From Phoronis australis (Eukaryota; Animalia; Phoronida): a stretch of DNA of 64,000 nucleotides. This document shows, one piece after another, positions 38,921 through 52,738 of this stretch (positions are counted from its first letter, which is position 1; the number at the start of each line of letters is the position of its first letter). The position numbers and the translations under genes are program-made. The notes below the pieces were generated by a model. It did not search any database and was not told the DNA's origin. It saw nothing but the letters and a program-made list of their open reading frames with translations. The stretch covers positions 1 to 64,000 of the forward strand of contig NMRA01000382.1 of the NCBI GenBank assembly GCA_002633005.1. The letters run 5' to 3'.

Positions 38921-41164
38921 TTCATTTTTATGTTCCAAATAAATATCCCTAGAAGCACACCGTTAGTGGTGGATTCGTGGACTCCGCGTTGCACTTGTAT
39001 GAATACAAGGAAATTCAAAGTAGTAAACATATTTCGCATTAGAAAATTTTTACCCTACTAGCCAAGAAAACTGTCACAAAGTTTTAAATAGTTCTTTATT
39101 TGGGGAAATCCCACTGCTGTTCTACGAAGATGAATCCTTGAAAAGATTATTCATGTGTAGCACAGCCAGTCGGGCAGGTGAGGTGGCCACTGCACCAATA
39201 TCTTTGGTATGAAATGGATGTTTTGAGTCTTTCATAATGCACTGAATGACGGGAGAATTTTAATTTCCTTCAGATGTATACCTTTCCTTATGAAAATTGA
39301 CTAGAATTTTGTGTAAAAGTCATATGAATCTTGGAATTGTTGGAATTTCAATCAAATATTCCAACTTCACATGATATTGTGAATGACGGGGGTGTACGTA
39401 TAGGCGGTCAGTGGCATAAAACCCCTCAACCGTTGGTTGAGTCCCTTTTAATAAGCATGAGCAGGATTTTGAACCTCTCTGGGTTGAAGCTGACAAAATC
39501 CTATAGAAATGTAACATGGGTAACTTTTGGAGGCCGAAATTCAATGTAAGAAAATCTCAACAGCCCCAGATAATATCACCTAAAGAGCAAGCACCCTTCG
39601 ACAGCAAAATTGTATGTTCAACAAACTAAACAATAAAATGTATTTAATGAACAAAACCTTCGTTTTGTAGATGTGCTGTGATGCAAACTTTCGAATAACA
39701 AATTGTGGTGCAAAGTGGCCTGGCAGTGTGCACGACAGCAGGATTTTTCGGAACTCGATGCTTTGTCTATAATTTGAGCAAGGTATGCCTTATTAGTGTG
39801 ATATTAATAGGTGGTACTACAAAGAGGTTGAAAAGTAGACACGCATTAAAATCAGTAATAACATCAGTGTTCGTATCACACATTTTTTTGAAAAAAGTGA
39901 GTGCTTTTCAATGAAATTTGTATGTGAAAATGATAGAAAGCATCATTCTCCTCTGTCTTGTGTGTCACCAAAAAAACAGAAAAAATCACAAATGCACTAA
40001 TGTGAATTTGTATGTGAAAACGTCACCATTTGTGTTCTTGAGCTATTATATTTTGTTTTAATTGATAAATATTGAAGTGATATTGGAAAAACACTATTAC
40101 ATGACAAAACTACTTTGCATTTAAGTTTATTTTGCTAATTATTAACAAAATAAAGGGTGCATGCTTTGGTAAATTTGATCACTAAACAGTAACAATTATC
40201 TGATATCATCAGTTCTGGCGGCTTTCTATTAAAGAAGGACACCCTAAATCAGCATGGACATTGTTCGTGTTGCAAAACGTGCCTTCTTTAATGTAAGTGG
40301 GGTGATAGATCAAATGAATTACACCAACTTGTCATATTCATTTGTCTGAAACATGTTTCTTTATATAAACTATCACAGCATTAGAAAAAAATATCATTTC
40401 CAGTTTGCTTACCATAGATCAGTTAAAAAACGAATGCAGTGCTGCTAACTTTATCTGAATTGACATGCAGGTTAACTAAAACAATTATAGTGAATTGGTA
40501 ACAGCTTTTCAATTTCGTTGGCGATTCCTGGAAATGGACATGTTTGTTCATGCTGAGTCAGTGGAAGTGGACCTAATTTTTCTTTGGTCTTGTTTAATGT
40601 TCAGGTGTTAAATCATTGTAAATTGTTTTCACGGTAGCATGAAATTTTGCCAAATTGAAATAATTAATATAACTGACATAAAGGATTTTATAGTAATATT
40701 TTTTTCTTTATTCAGGTGAATCTTATTAGGAGATTCGGGCTACCCTTGCCGAACGTTTTTGACGACGCCATTTATCAACCTTGGTGATAATTCAGAGCTG
40801 TCTTTCAATAATGCATTATGCAGAGCGAGAGTATTAATTGAGCAAAGGTTTGGTATTTTAAAACGCCGTTTTTCTCGCGTCTTCATGGTGAGTTGCGGGT
40901 TTCTCCTCAACAGGCATGTCAATTTATTCACGCCTGTGCAATTCTGCATAACATTCGGATTGAAGGAGGTGACATTTGTGCGTCTGATGGAGAACCATTA
41001 CATCCTGATGATGATGATGACTTACAAGCTATTCCAGAGGATGTTGAGGATGGTTGGGAGGTCCGTAGGCACATTGTTAAGAGTCACTGCATGAGAACGT
41101 CAGGCAATTTGCAATATAATGGGAACATGACATGTCACTAATTTTAAATTTATTATAGTACATA

Positions 41165-44100
41165 TATCACTTGGGGTGAATTATCTACAACATATGAAAA
41201 TTAGTTTTGTCAGTTGGTAAATATAGTACGAATAACTAAATCGGGTAAAAAATGGCCTAACTCCTTGTGCGCGACTGTTGAAAATGCCCTATGCTTCCAT
41301 GGGAATTGAACCACTTTGCGGGAGCTTAAAAATAAAAAAAATGCTTGAGTTATACACAACTATTCTTTTTGTAATTTAGAATGCTCAAATTAATTCAAAG
41401 TGACGTATTTTGATATTTCTAGGGAACTTTTGAATGCCTTGCCTCCACGGGTGAAATACAGCTACCAATTTACACCTGCATATAGAGGCCTATGTAATTC
41501 AAGCGCAAAAACGCACACCGCTCACACATGGGTTCTGTGATAGTTACAGCTCTCGTCTTTGACAAGATATCATTATTTCCGTGGACAGCGCCTATTTTAA
41601 TTCTCAAAGTTACAGTTTAGCGAAGGCACTTTCACCACTTCCACCTGTTTCATACTGCCACCAGTAGAGGGCAGCAAAGCAGAAAATATGAAAAATATGA
41701 TCCATATTGGAAGTAAGTCGTGATAAATATAGATTATTACATGGCGAAGTCGTTATCCCCCGTTATCTAGATCCCCGAGGGTGATAATTCTCCAAAATCC
41801 ACGAGGGCTCTAGATAAGGGGGATAACGGCTATACTAAACGAGAAACATTGCAATGAATCGATTTATCTTTTCTGACTCTCCACTGCTTTGTAACTACTT
41901 TCTATGTCAGAGGCCCGGGGTCGGAGGTCGTGACCTTTTAAAAAAATCCGGGCTATTTTGTCAAACAATGCTTTTACTCAAAACCAATTGAAAACTTAAA
42001 TATATTATAAATAATCTGAATTCATGAATTAAGTTTTACCAACCATTATAGCTTAAAACACGTTTTTTTCACGCTAAGCTTCGACCGGGAAATTATCGTC
42101 TGCTAAAGTAGGTTATCACTAGTAACTGAATATAATTCTCAAGTCAAAGATCCTGACGACACGATACCCGCATTCAAACTGGAGATCGGTGATTTACAAG
42201 TAAGAGGATATGAGAGAAAATTTTCACTGAATTAAGATATCATTTTTTATGGAAATTATGTGTCTTATTTTTCGTACAGTATAAGTACAGGACAATGCGG
42301 TTTGTTGAACGTGCGATTATTGCGCGTGCTCATTTAAGTATTCTATTTTCACTCTTGATTGCGTCAGTCGCTGCATGGGGTTGTGGTAAAGTCGGCGACC
42401 AGCAAATCCAAGATCCTGGGTTCGACTCCGTCCTCGGTTTCCCGCCAAATCGTTATCTCACTAGTGAGGTAACTTTATGGGTTATTACACGGTTGTATCT
42501 GCCATTTGACGCTAATACATGTATTGTGGTATAAAAAATCATATTAAATTTTATTCAAGATAACCATAATTGTTTCGAGCGTTGTTTTAGCGAAATATTG
42601 CGTTATTGACATTTAGCTAAGGAACGGAATGAGGTTCACGAAAATTGGCCACGCTCTGAAGGGAAATGGCAAAGCCAGCGAACCGCTGTGTTATTCACAA
42701 CAAAGATATTGTCAAATACCTGAAAAGTGTCAACGCACTAGATCACTTGGAAGAATGGGAGTTGATTGGCAATCCGGCACGAATGGGAGTGTGAGAGACA
42801 AAGGAACTGGCCAGCCTGTTAGAACAAAAGATCAGATGTCCAAAGCACCGTATGTGGCAGTATCTAGGTTGTAAGCCAAGGTGTAAGTTTGCAGCCTCAG
42901 CAATGCAAAGGATTTTCCTCACTCAATCCCGGGACTACGTCAACTTAATAACTTATCATTTGAAGGTGAGCTACGTAACAATTCATATTTTTTCTAAAAA
43001 ATATCACTGTGATTGGTCATACCATCTGTGAACAAGTTTCAGCTGTGTATGAGGTCTGAAACAAAAGTTAAATATTTGATGGAATGGAATATTCTTTCAT
43101 AGTTTGACTTCTAAAAAGGACTTGTGTTCTAATGCTTACAACTAAGTTACCTATTTCAACTAGAAAAGTGGTTGCTTGGAAAGCATATGGCATAGGAGAT
43201 GGGGTGGTTTTGGAGAATCCTGCTTCTGATTGCAAACCAATGGAACTGTGGTTGAGGAATGTCATGTTGAATCCTCATTGAGAGCTTTCACTAGTTTCAG
43301 CAATCGAAAGATGAAGATATTCTTGTATCCAAAAGATGGCTGTAACAACACTTTTGCCTCTTGAAACGAACTCAAGCAGCAAGTTAGCATGGGCTGGCAT
43401 GATAAACAGCCAACAGCACTTGAAGATAATTGCTGATGTGGAGAGAAAAAGGGTTGCCAAAGTCACTGGTTTTCAAGGTGAAGTTCATGATCTAACAGCA
43501 TGCTCGTTGAACTCAATTTGGCATCACAAATCCACAAGTTTGACATATAACCTTTGTTGTACATTTTAGTCACTGACTGTTCCAAGTTGACTTAATAGTC
43601 TACATGGAAATGCGCTGTGTGATGTTCTATACAGTGTATTACAGCCCAACAATTAGTGAAGCTGTTGTGGAACATGCTACTCAACAGCCTATGCAGCCAT
43701 GGCTTGGACATTCGCACAAATTTAGACTGGGTTTTTTGACGTGGATTAATGTATCAATAAGATAACTCAAAGAGCACAACTCTCTCACTTATGACAACAG
43801 CATTTGGATTTTGTAAGCTCATTTTGTGAATTCACCAAACATGGCTACCCATCCAAAAAGCATGGCTCCTGGTGTTGCATCGAGCTTCGTTACCTTTAAA
43901 CACTCCTCGCACACTCTTCCCTGAGTCATGCACGTGATTCTTAGTCACGTGAGTTTTTGAACTCATTATTGGTTGCAAAAGCTGTATTTAATTTGTGTGA
44001 AGAGTGATCAGCTTACAATTAGGTTTGTGAGTGGTGTTCCCATGTGTTTGACAATTGTTGTTCTGGTAGCCTGCCAATGGACTAGGTAACATATACTATC

Positions 44101-44515
44101 TTATTGAGTTTTACATTTGCAGGTGTAAAAATGCAGGCAGCTAGTACCCAAACAACAGGAAAGTCATTCAGCACAATGGGGTGGGCTCTGAAGTCAGTAC
44201 AGTCTGAAATAATGGCTGAAAGCGTAGAGACGTTTTTGACTGATGCGTTCAAGGAATGCATGAAAACTGGTCAAAAAGCGATCCAATGAGGCGTTCTGAA
44301 CAAACGGGAGCTGCAGGGTACAATCCTAGAACTGCTGTTTGAATATCTTGAGTAGTATTCAAGTAGATCGTAATCATCATTGTTACTGTATTCTTTTCTT
44401 GATGTGCACATTATGGTCACCTTATGGTGTGTCTATTTCTATGAAGTAATGTTGATATTGAGTTTGATTCCTTGATATTTTCTGTGTGAAATTACTTCTC
44501 ACGCCAAGTGTCCCT
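41165..44515 (+). mobile_element. Sola3-like transposase relic nested in the Harbinger
   Basis: KVVAWKAYGIGDG (~43165-43205), SC.KDGCNNTF...ELKQ...GWH (~43320-43400) and MGWALKS...FLTDAFKECMKTGQKA (44176-44280). Ends show a weak inverted match CACTTGG.GTGA with a right-hand TTAA. Family assignment is from memory of these motifs. Confidence 0.45.
42368..42438 (+). other. tRNA-derived (Pol III A/B-box) segment, SINE-head-like; not a functional tRNA
   Basis: TGGGGTTGTGG is A-box-like and GGTTCGACTCC is a B-box at tRNA spacing; the stems do not pair. Confidence 0.4.
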
Positions 44516-44839
44516 TTAACTGCCATTTCCAGGTTATTTGTATACATCAATATACAGTACATACCAAACGTATCCTGACAAAATAGCCCGGGATTCATTG
44601 CCATGACAGCTGGGGCAAAAGTAGAATTCTAGTCAAAGTGGTCTTCCTTTCTGACTGAAAATGAAGGGAAACCGGAAAGTTAGTATGGTGACTAAGACAT
44701 TCTAATTAGCTGTGGTAATCGTTATTACCAGTCATTTTTGCATTAACAGGACTAGCCATCAAGTGGGTCAAAGATTTCTAGTGTCTGGTTAATTTTGCCT
44801 TATTCTGTATGACAGTTTGTAAGAATGCGTGTGTAGACC

Positions 44840-45850
44840 CATTCTGCTGCCATCCTGGTCTTCCTGTCTGGCATCTGCTGTGGCATCTCCAAATTATTGG
44901 TGAATGTGAAATTTTACAAATGAGATGACACAAGAGAGTTTTGGGAAGTATTTGACTACCACTGGGCCCCTAGCGGCAACTTTACTTCTTCGTGTTAGTC
45001 TCTTTACCTAGCAAGTTCCTTGACTGATTTTCATCAAATTTATTTTCAGTTATGGAAACAGCACGTTTTCCTACTTCCTGGCGCACGTACATGTATGTTA
45101 TCTGTACAGAAACATTGCCATTGACATGAGCACGACTGACACTGATTGTTGACGATCTCCTAATGGCAGTGCTGTAGGGGTCAAATTAAAGGTAAGTAGT
45201 CGGCCAAAGCCCACCGTATCATCTTAAGCACTGAACGTAAGACACTACGTTCAAACGCCAAAAGGTGGTTGGTTGCGCCTACCTGTGCCTACGCGCCACT
45301 ACAGCACTGCTTAATGGCAATTTAGGTTTTCTTTATGTATGCCTCTATATATACAAGTTCCTTGATGTATTTTCATGCAATATGGTATATTTGTTTCGGT
45401 TGAGGAAATGAGAACAAACTGCTATTTTCGGTTCAATTTAAAGTATTGTGTGTCACTAAAGAATATTATTTCTGGCAGCAGCCTCTCTGTCCTTGAAACT
45501 GCTTGCAGGATAGTTCTGAAATTTTGCTCATGTGTTCCTATTGAAATTATCACGACTGCCAGGTTTTCTGATTGGTGCAATCACTGAGGCACCCGGAGTG
45601 GCAATTTGGCTAATGGTCTGCACCGCAATATCTACAAAGTTGCGTTGATGAATCTGGGTGCATTATTATGTGTGTTACATTTTTGAGGAGAGTATGCCTG
45701 GCATAAATTTTAGGACGTGTGAGTGCTGTGGTGTCCTCTAGCGGTTCTGTATCAACCAAATATTTTGATGTATGGAATTTGGCAAGAATGTGACAGCGAT
45801 TGTCTTGTTTCAGATGAATATAATGTATGCTGCACCACCTAAAGGTTTTT
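44840..45850 (+). repeat. More decayed array of the same monomer family as 37880-38920
   Basis: AAGTTCCTTGA..GATTTTCAT.AAATT, and G.GCCCCTAGCGGC / GCACCCGGAGTGGC motifs. Confidence 0.5.
45167..45309. mobile_element. 143 bp hAT-type MITE
   Basis: Perfect 11-bp TIR CAGTGCTGTAG...CTACAGCACTG, with 8-bp flanks CCTAATGG/CTTAATGG. Confidence 0.85.
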
Positions 45851-48800
45851 TTATTTTATATATTACATATTATTAACATCCCTAGAAGCAAACTAGATGC
45901 AATTTTCGACACTTTCCGTTTTTCCTGTTTTGTATGATGCTGACAAAAATTGCAGTGTGATGTAGACTATGGTTTCATTTTACTTCTTTTGATCAAAGAT
46001 CTCGCTACCCAAAACTTAACGTTCGCAACCAGCTTTAACACTCACACTTGTATAATACACATATGCACTATACTTAATTTACAGGTGGGAAACTAAAGTG
46101 TCCTATCCATAGCCAAAGGCTGCGTTGTATAAATTTCCTGTGTAATAAATACTGCACTGATGTGTTTTTCTATGTAATGCAAGTCAGAGTTTTCATGAGT
46201 ATTAGATAATAAAACACTTAAGTTCCCCGATACCTTAGGTAAAATAATTTGACATTTTCGTAGTCTGTCTGTATTTTAAATTCATAGCACCACTGCAATT
46301 GCCCCTTTTGAAATTCTGTATCTGCCAGTGGTTTACATCTGATGCCCAGATTAACCAATGACATTGTTAGCCTTATGTAGTATTTTTATGTACATCTCGA
46401 ATTCATATTGTGTTTGGGATGTTCTATAATCACGGTTGGAATCTTCTGGACCTTTCTCATCTGTACCTGCAATGCTTTGTCGTATCTACATTGCAATCGT
46501 CATCACTAAAATGGAGGTCTCGGTGATAATTGTAAATACAACTGGTTGAAACGTTGCTTCAAGAACTGTTGAGTGGAGGTTGGCGAAAAGACTCCTATAG
46601 AGATAGCAATAGCCAATATACGTTTCCGGTGCATTGAATAGTTAGCCAAAAATGTAAGATTTCTCAAAGTTACACACTTGGGCGCGCCCTAAAATATTGA
46701 CTTTGCACTGCGTAATGAGTACAACTTGCTCAACAAAAGGTAAATCGGTGCGCCATCTGATGAGCAGCAAAAAATTACAACCCGAAAGATTTTCACCTCT
46801 AGAGGATCAGTGCTCCCCTTGGGTTTTCGGTACTTAAAAGGTATGATTAACAATAACCATTCAATCAAGTACGATTTTTCGCTTGTCTCGTGTTAATATA
46901 CGTTCCTATTTTTTCGGAAGCACCTAAAGTTACTAGACCTCAAGCAGACATTACAGGACCGACCGTTTTGAGGCCATAATTTCAGCTTTAATTGTAAACT
47001 TCTGAGCGAGCACTAGCCGCAATAATTTGAATGTAATTCCGATTTCGAGCTTTGAAAAATCTTAACGATCTTGTTCACATCGTTTTTTGTTACGCATAGA
47101 TGTTTAGAAGTTTGTTGGTTTGTTAATGGGATTGTGATAGTAGTGGCGAACAGGACGACCGATAACAGCGAAGTGGGTGGTTTCAATCAAAGCATGCAGG
47201 ACACACAGGTCGATGTCCACTAATGTATTAAGAGATATGTACTCTACAAAGGCTCAGTTTTCACATGTAGTATGTTACATTTCTGAGTGATTTTGCGCGG
47301 TAAAAGAAATAACGATCGAATAAAGGGCATTTCCACCAGTTACACAGCTTGACTCAGGTGGGTTGATCAAGTAACACAAGTAGTTAATTTGCGAATACGT
47401 TTCAACTATGAGTTTTACATTTTCATGTAGACAGAAGTTGTCTTATTATGTATGTCATTCCTAGTTTCTGTTAATTTGTCGTTGTTGCACAGTGATGCAA
47501 CAAAAATGCTAAAATTTGATGGTTTCCGAAGCCATAAACTTGCCAAAAATTTCGAGGGGGCAGTTTTCCGTGAAGAAGTTAGATATTTTAAATAAAATTA
47601 TGTTTGGTGTTGACCATTCCACCTAATAGTAAAAATAAGCTATATTTCAAAAAAATCCTTGACATGTCATGTTTCCGCATCTGCCTGACTTTCTCATGCA
47701 GTGATTCTTAATAATTATTTTTCCCAAAATTAATCTCAAAGTCATCATGTACTAATGGCTTTTCATCACATGAATAGACAGTGCACCTCTTTCATTTCCA
47801 ATGTTGTGCATACCATAAAACCTGCTTTATGAGGTCATAGTCTAGCATAAACCATCGCCGTTATATTTTCAATTTCAGTTCCTATCTGCGTTAGATATTT
47901 GGAATATTGCGGTATTTATGTTTGGTTTTCACAAGTCATGAGAAACAACTTGACCAACAACATGAAGGTTTATCTGAGGCAAAGTGCTGAACCCACAGTT
48001 CATTTGCAAAGTGAAAATATACTCAATATTAAAATAAAAAATGAACCTCTAGTGTCCATAGTCATATTGCTGTAAAGTGGTAGAAGACTGGACGATTTCT
48101 TACGCCATTTTGTTACTTTACTATAAATGCACCCGCTGGTTTCAGCAATGTATACGGGGTGGGCTATTTCATGCTGAACGTGCTGGTCAATTTCATAAAC
48201 AAACGACGCAAATTAAATCTGATTATTTTTTAACATTAACCAGTGCATACAAATGTTTTTGGCGAACTTCTTATGCTGTGACTAAAAATAACAAAAAAAA
48301 ACAAAGCAAACAATTTTTGAGTTCGGTGAGGAAGGTTACAACTTTAAAGTTTGTGTGAAACTGTGACAGAAAGGTGGTGGCATTGCTTTGAGACCTAGAA
48401 GCCCACCGTCTCAATGGATGATTTATTTTCACAGCCCTTGTTCGGCCAGCGTATTTCCCTCATGAGGAATTTTTGAAATACATGTGATGTTTTTGTTGAT
48501 TGCAATTCCACTGGTCTCTGCCATTTTTCTTTACAAGATTTTTAATCAACACCTATGTGGTCACGTGACCTGTTATTTCACTATATTTCTTTGTTGGTGC
48601 TCTCATTGGTCGCTGGATACAAACCTATGTTTTAGGCTTTGATAAAGCCACATCAGTTTTGTACTCTATTGGGCTGTAGAAAAATGTCATGTACTGTCAA
48701 ATTTCATTAAACAGTACAACATTAGTGTTTGACTCAAGCCAAGGTCTTTTCATTTAAAATTGAGAACATGACCTTAAGTACCACGTTTTATGGTACCATG

Positions 48801-50741
48801 ATACTTTTAATGCTCTCTCACTCATACATGTGGGTGTTTATTAACACAGTGTCAGTTAGGGCGTCCGGCCTTTTGTGAGTAAAACTAAGCTTATTTGTTT
48901 AAATTGTTTGCATTGATCTAATAATTGTTATGCACCCGTATAATTATATGATTAAGGGCTGTAAGCATTTCTGCCTTGATTTTCAGTCTCAGAGACTACT
49001 TTCAATTTACTAGCATTGAACCCCATAGTGGGAATATTTGAAATAATGATAATCCCTTGTACATGTATCAATGCTCCATGCGATGCACATTTTGCTTGCC
49101 AAGCAACACTAGCTGGTGTTCTTGTTATTATAATTTTGCATTGCAATGTTTGCGTTATAGGATGTATTGTGTGGCACTATTGCAGTTTGAGCTTGTAGGG
49201 TGTCGCTAGTCCTCATATTGGTTAACATTTATTCAGACAGTTGTAAATCATTGGCATTGTTCACAGAATATGCCTTTTGAAATAGAAATGCAAGGCCAAT
49301 GAAAGTAGTTCTTTGTGAAAACTGCTGTTAGTCAAACAATTTTGCCCGAGAAGAAATTTGTTTAATTATTACCCACAGTGGATGTTGAACAACATACCGC
49401 AAACATTTTATGGGCAAACTTATTTTCATTTGAGTGCATATTGGTGTCATCTCTGGAAATCTATTTCCTTATAAAAGTAAATGTAGGCATTATTGTTAAA
49501 ATTACCTTATAAATGAGTCAATGACCGCCCTCAAGTCTGCCTCTGCTAAACCATTAGAAGGACCAACATGAAATGATGTGTATTTCTATAAATTAGAACA
49601 CGGTTGATACTTGCTATATTTGTGGCACCTTCATTCAAATGTAATGATTTTGGTATATTGAATTAACGGTTTTGATTTGCAGTGCTGTAATAGAAGGTAC
49701 AATGTACATGTTTTGTAATGACATGGAATGTTTAGCTCTACCTTCACATAATATTCATGATAAATGGGCAACATGTCTCAATTTATTTGAAGACAATATT
49801 CCTTAATGAAATCTCAACTAAGAACACAACAGAGGAAAAGTATACAACATTAAACCTGTTTTACCTAAATATAGAGGTTTAGAGAAATTTAGAGTTTTGA
49901 TCAGTTTCAGAACATCTTTTCTCATAAATGGCTGATCGTATTCAATTGAAACTTTCATACACTTTGATTTATGTAATGAAGTTCTCCTAAACACTGTTAA
50001 CAAGGTATTCAAAATGTTTCACTTTGATTGTTTACAATATCCAAGAAATGATTTTTTTATGAAGCAGTAGGCTGCTTTAAACGAAACTACTTGTAATTCA
50101 AAAAATATTGGGGTTTTATGTTGTAATTGATCCTGTCCTCTGATTTGACAAATCTTTCATTTTTTGTTAAATTTTACTTAAAATCATGGTCAAGTGTCCA
50201 AATTTAATGCAGGTTGGTATGAAGTGGAAAATCAAATTTGACTGAATTTCATGTTTTGTTAAATGTTTACTTATCATGAGTTATTATAGTTTGGTATCAG
50301 CCCTTCGTCACCACAGCTTTAATGTATACTCGTTCCTAGTCTCTACAAAGTCACGTAACCCTATCATGAGAAACAACCCCAGTCGGGAAAGATTGCGACC
50401 AATTGCCAAATGTAACCTCGGTTATCAATTCACAAATGGCAGATTGTCTCTGTTCCAATTATTGTAGACATAAGGCATGTTCCCTCTCCCGACGGTTGTC
50501 CATACATTTGTAGGGCGGGTCCATTCAATATCATTGTTACACCAAAATTTATGTAACTGTTGCTTCACTCCACGCCTGATGATAAAAGCTTGTGTAGAGA
50601 TTGCGAACAAGTATACACTAATGTGTAACAAAAGTACATCTGTGTCTTCAACCAGGTCTGTTATAATGAAAAGTTCTATTAATTGTTTTGCAGATATTTT
50701 TCGAAATGCATATACTCCTAGATATAAGGTTCTACTATTAC

Positions 50742-52738
50742 TCAGTTGAAAAAAATGTTGATGTGTCTATATTGAAATCATTTTGCAAGTTCATGGCCAA
50801 ATTGATCTTCTTCAGTTTAAGCACTTCAATGCTGAGTTTCAGGCGCTTGTTGCCCATTTTCAAATTTTCGAGTGTAGCTTCATCTATTTCATCCTTCCTT
50901 GTTTTGCTTGACTTTGGTTTGCTGTAAACTGAAATGAAAATCGCACATTATAAGGAGCATGTGAAATTTTGGTTACTTCCATTTAGAAACACTTCGTTTA
51001 ATTTTAGACCATTTCTTAATCGCAGGCCTGTGCCGGTTTATTTCAGCTATGTAGTTCACACCCGTGTAATTTTCATTGTCCCACCTTTCACTTGTAATTC
51101 GTATTATGCATGCGTGTTATCCAAAAAGCAATTTACGTCAGACTACTCTTGAGAATCAAAAGGTAATTTCTATGGGAGTATTCATAGTTGCTTATATTTG
51201 TGAGCAGAAATGTTCTACCCACATGAGTCCTAGCATGTTAATAAATAATCAATTATTAATTACTTCTTTTGTGGCTGATCACCGGCTCTATCTCATCTTC
51301 GTCACTGTCTGGAAGATTAAAAAGTAATCGTAAACATTTGAAATACTTTCAGCAGATTGAAAGGTTACAACATTACAAAAATGTCAAAAATTTGGAAGCT
51401 AAATAATTTATTAATGGCTACCAACAGCCGTCATACCTTTTCCATTTTCCTCGCTCTGGCCAGTCTTGGCAAGTTCTGGAAAATTCAATTGTAGAATAAA
51501 ACATGCAATTTAAAGTCAATCATCAAATGGAAAAGTCAACACATAGGTGTAAATTTTGCGGAGGCGGATTTACGAGGTTCCCGCCCCCTGGTGACCTGAT
51601 CAAAATACAAAATACAAAAAATGTCAGAAGAAGGAAATCAGCTACATAGGTGGATAAGGGGGGGGGGGGNTGTTGCCCCCCTTTATGGTATCCTAGATCC
51701 GCCACTGAGCTACTAAAGACGAAAAAAATCTTACACGGAAGGTTTCCCTACCTTCCCTACGCTCGGTGAATCCTAACCTCCCCCTACAGAAAATGTAGAT
51801 CTACGACTGTATTTCTTCATTTTATAAGAGTAGGACATAAGCATTAACTTGCACTCGGCGCAAAACAAAACCGCACATCGTCTGTCTCCAACCCTTCCTG
51901 GATGCCAGAGACTTCGACCCTTCCATCGAAATGAGCCAAAATGGCCTCGTCTCTGGCATCCAAGCCTCTGGCAGGTGGTCCACCGCCGGTCTTCCTGGCA
52001 GTTTTTTTAATGTCATCGATTTTTGAATTAACTGTGGGATAAATTAAAAGAAGGATAGTTCAAATTACATTAATGATCTGCACTGGAGTTTCTCAACCCA
52101 TGATTTACATGTACCATAGAATTCGGCGGCACTACAGAACTGCAGCCTCCCCTAGACATGGACTAATGGGAAGTACATTAATTTAGTGTTAACGGAAGAG
52201 AGTGTGAGTCAATATTGTGAAATACAACAAGGAATTTATGAAAATCAATTGCAATACGTATACCAAAGAAAATTGGATACGATAAAAAAATACACTCAGA
52301 CCTTTAGATAGGCGTTCATATTTTTACATAAATTATTAAACGTAACGAGAGTCAGTCAACAAACAGCAATTGTCTTGTTACAAAATTGCTTACATATTTG
52401 CTTTAGATTTTGAATGTTTTGTTTCTACATTCTTCTGGTGACCTTTTGATAGTGAACTGGATAAAATTATACGAATACTTTAACAGAAAATGTGGACAAA
52501 CTGAAATTAACAGTGTCATTCAAACTATATATAATATGTTCACTGATGTGCAAATCTCACTATGCGCACTGAAACTCACCTATTTATGAATTTGGCTACC
52601 TCCTCCCACCCTGCCCTTTTCTTGTCTGAAGATTCTATAACCCCTGAACCTTTATGGTCGCCAAACAACGTAGCAATAATTTCCTCTATAAGAGCGTTCT
52701 CCTCTGCACTTGTCCATCAACGCCTTTTTGCTGATTTG
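50742..52738 (-). pseudogene. Harbinger Myb/SANT-like DNA-binding protein, spliced; exons ~52738-52580, ~52460-52395, 52031-~51877, ~50922-50742
   Basis: AKRR*WTSAEENALIEEI..LFG...KKRAGWEEVAKFIN | RSPEECRNK..QNLKQ | ARKTGGGPPA...EAIL...VSGIQEGLETD | coiled-coil tail LENLKMGNKRLKLSIEVLKLKK. Typical Harbinger ORF2, with one stop and a frameshift. Confidence 0.85.

Larger units (their letters stand above)
35821..41141 (+). pseudogene. Harbinger (HARBI1-like, DDE_Tnp_4) transposase, 4 exons: 35821-36219, 37448-37563, 39671-39782, 40716-~41141
   Basis: RQNPLE...LRFLASGS | FPNVLGSIDCTHI...NRKMSHSVNVQ | CDANFRITN..AKWPGSVHDSRIFRNS | LLGDSGYPC...[15 protein letters not shown]...ACAILHN. GT-AG boundaries are intact, but the gene has stops and frameshifts. 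Confidence 0.9.

Noticed and set aside
35821-41141. Domesticated HARBI1/NAIF1 host gene pair
   Set aside because: Both genes have stops or frameshifts and lie between TIRs, so this is a dead transposon.
42368-42438. Functional tRNA gene
   Set aside because: Acceptor and anticodon stems do not pair; only the promoter boxes remain.
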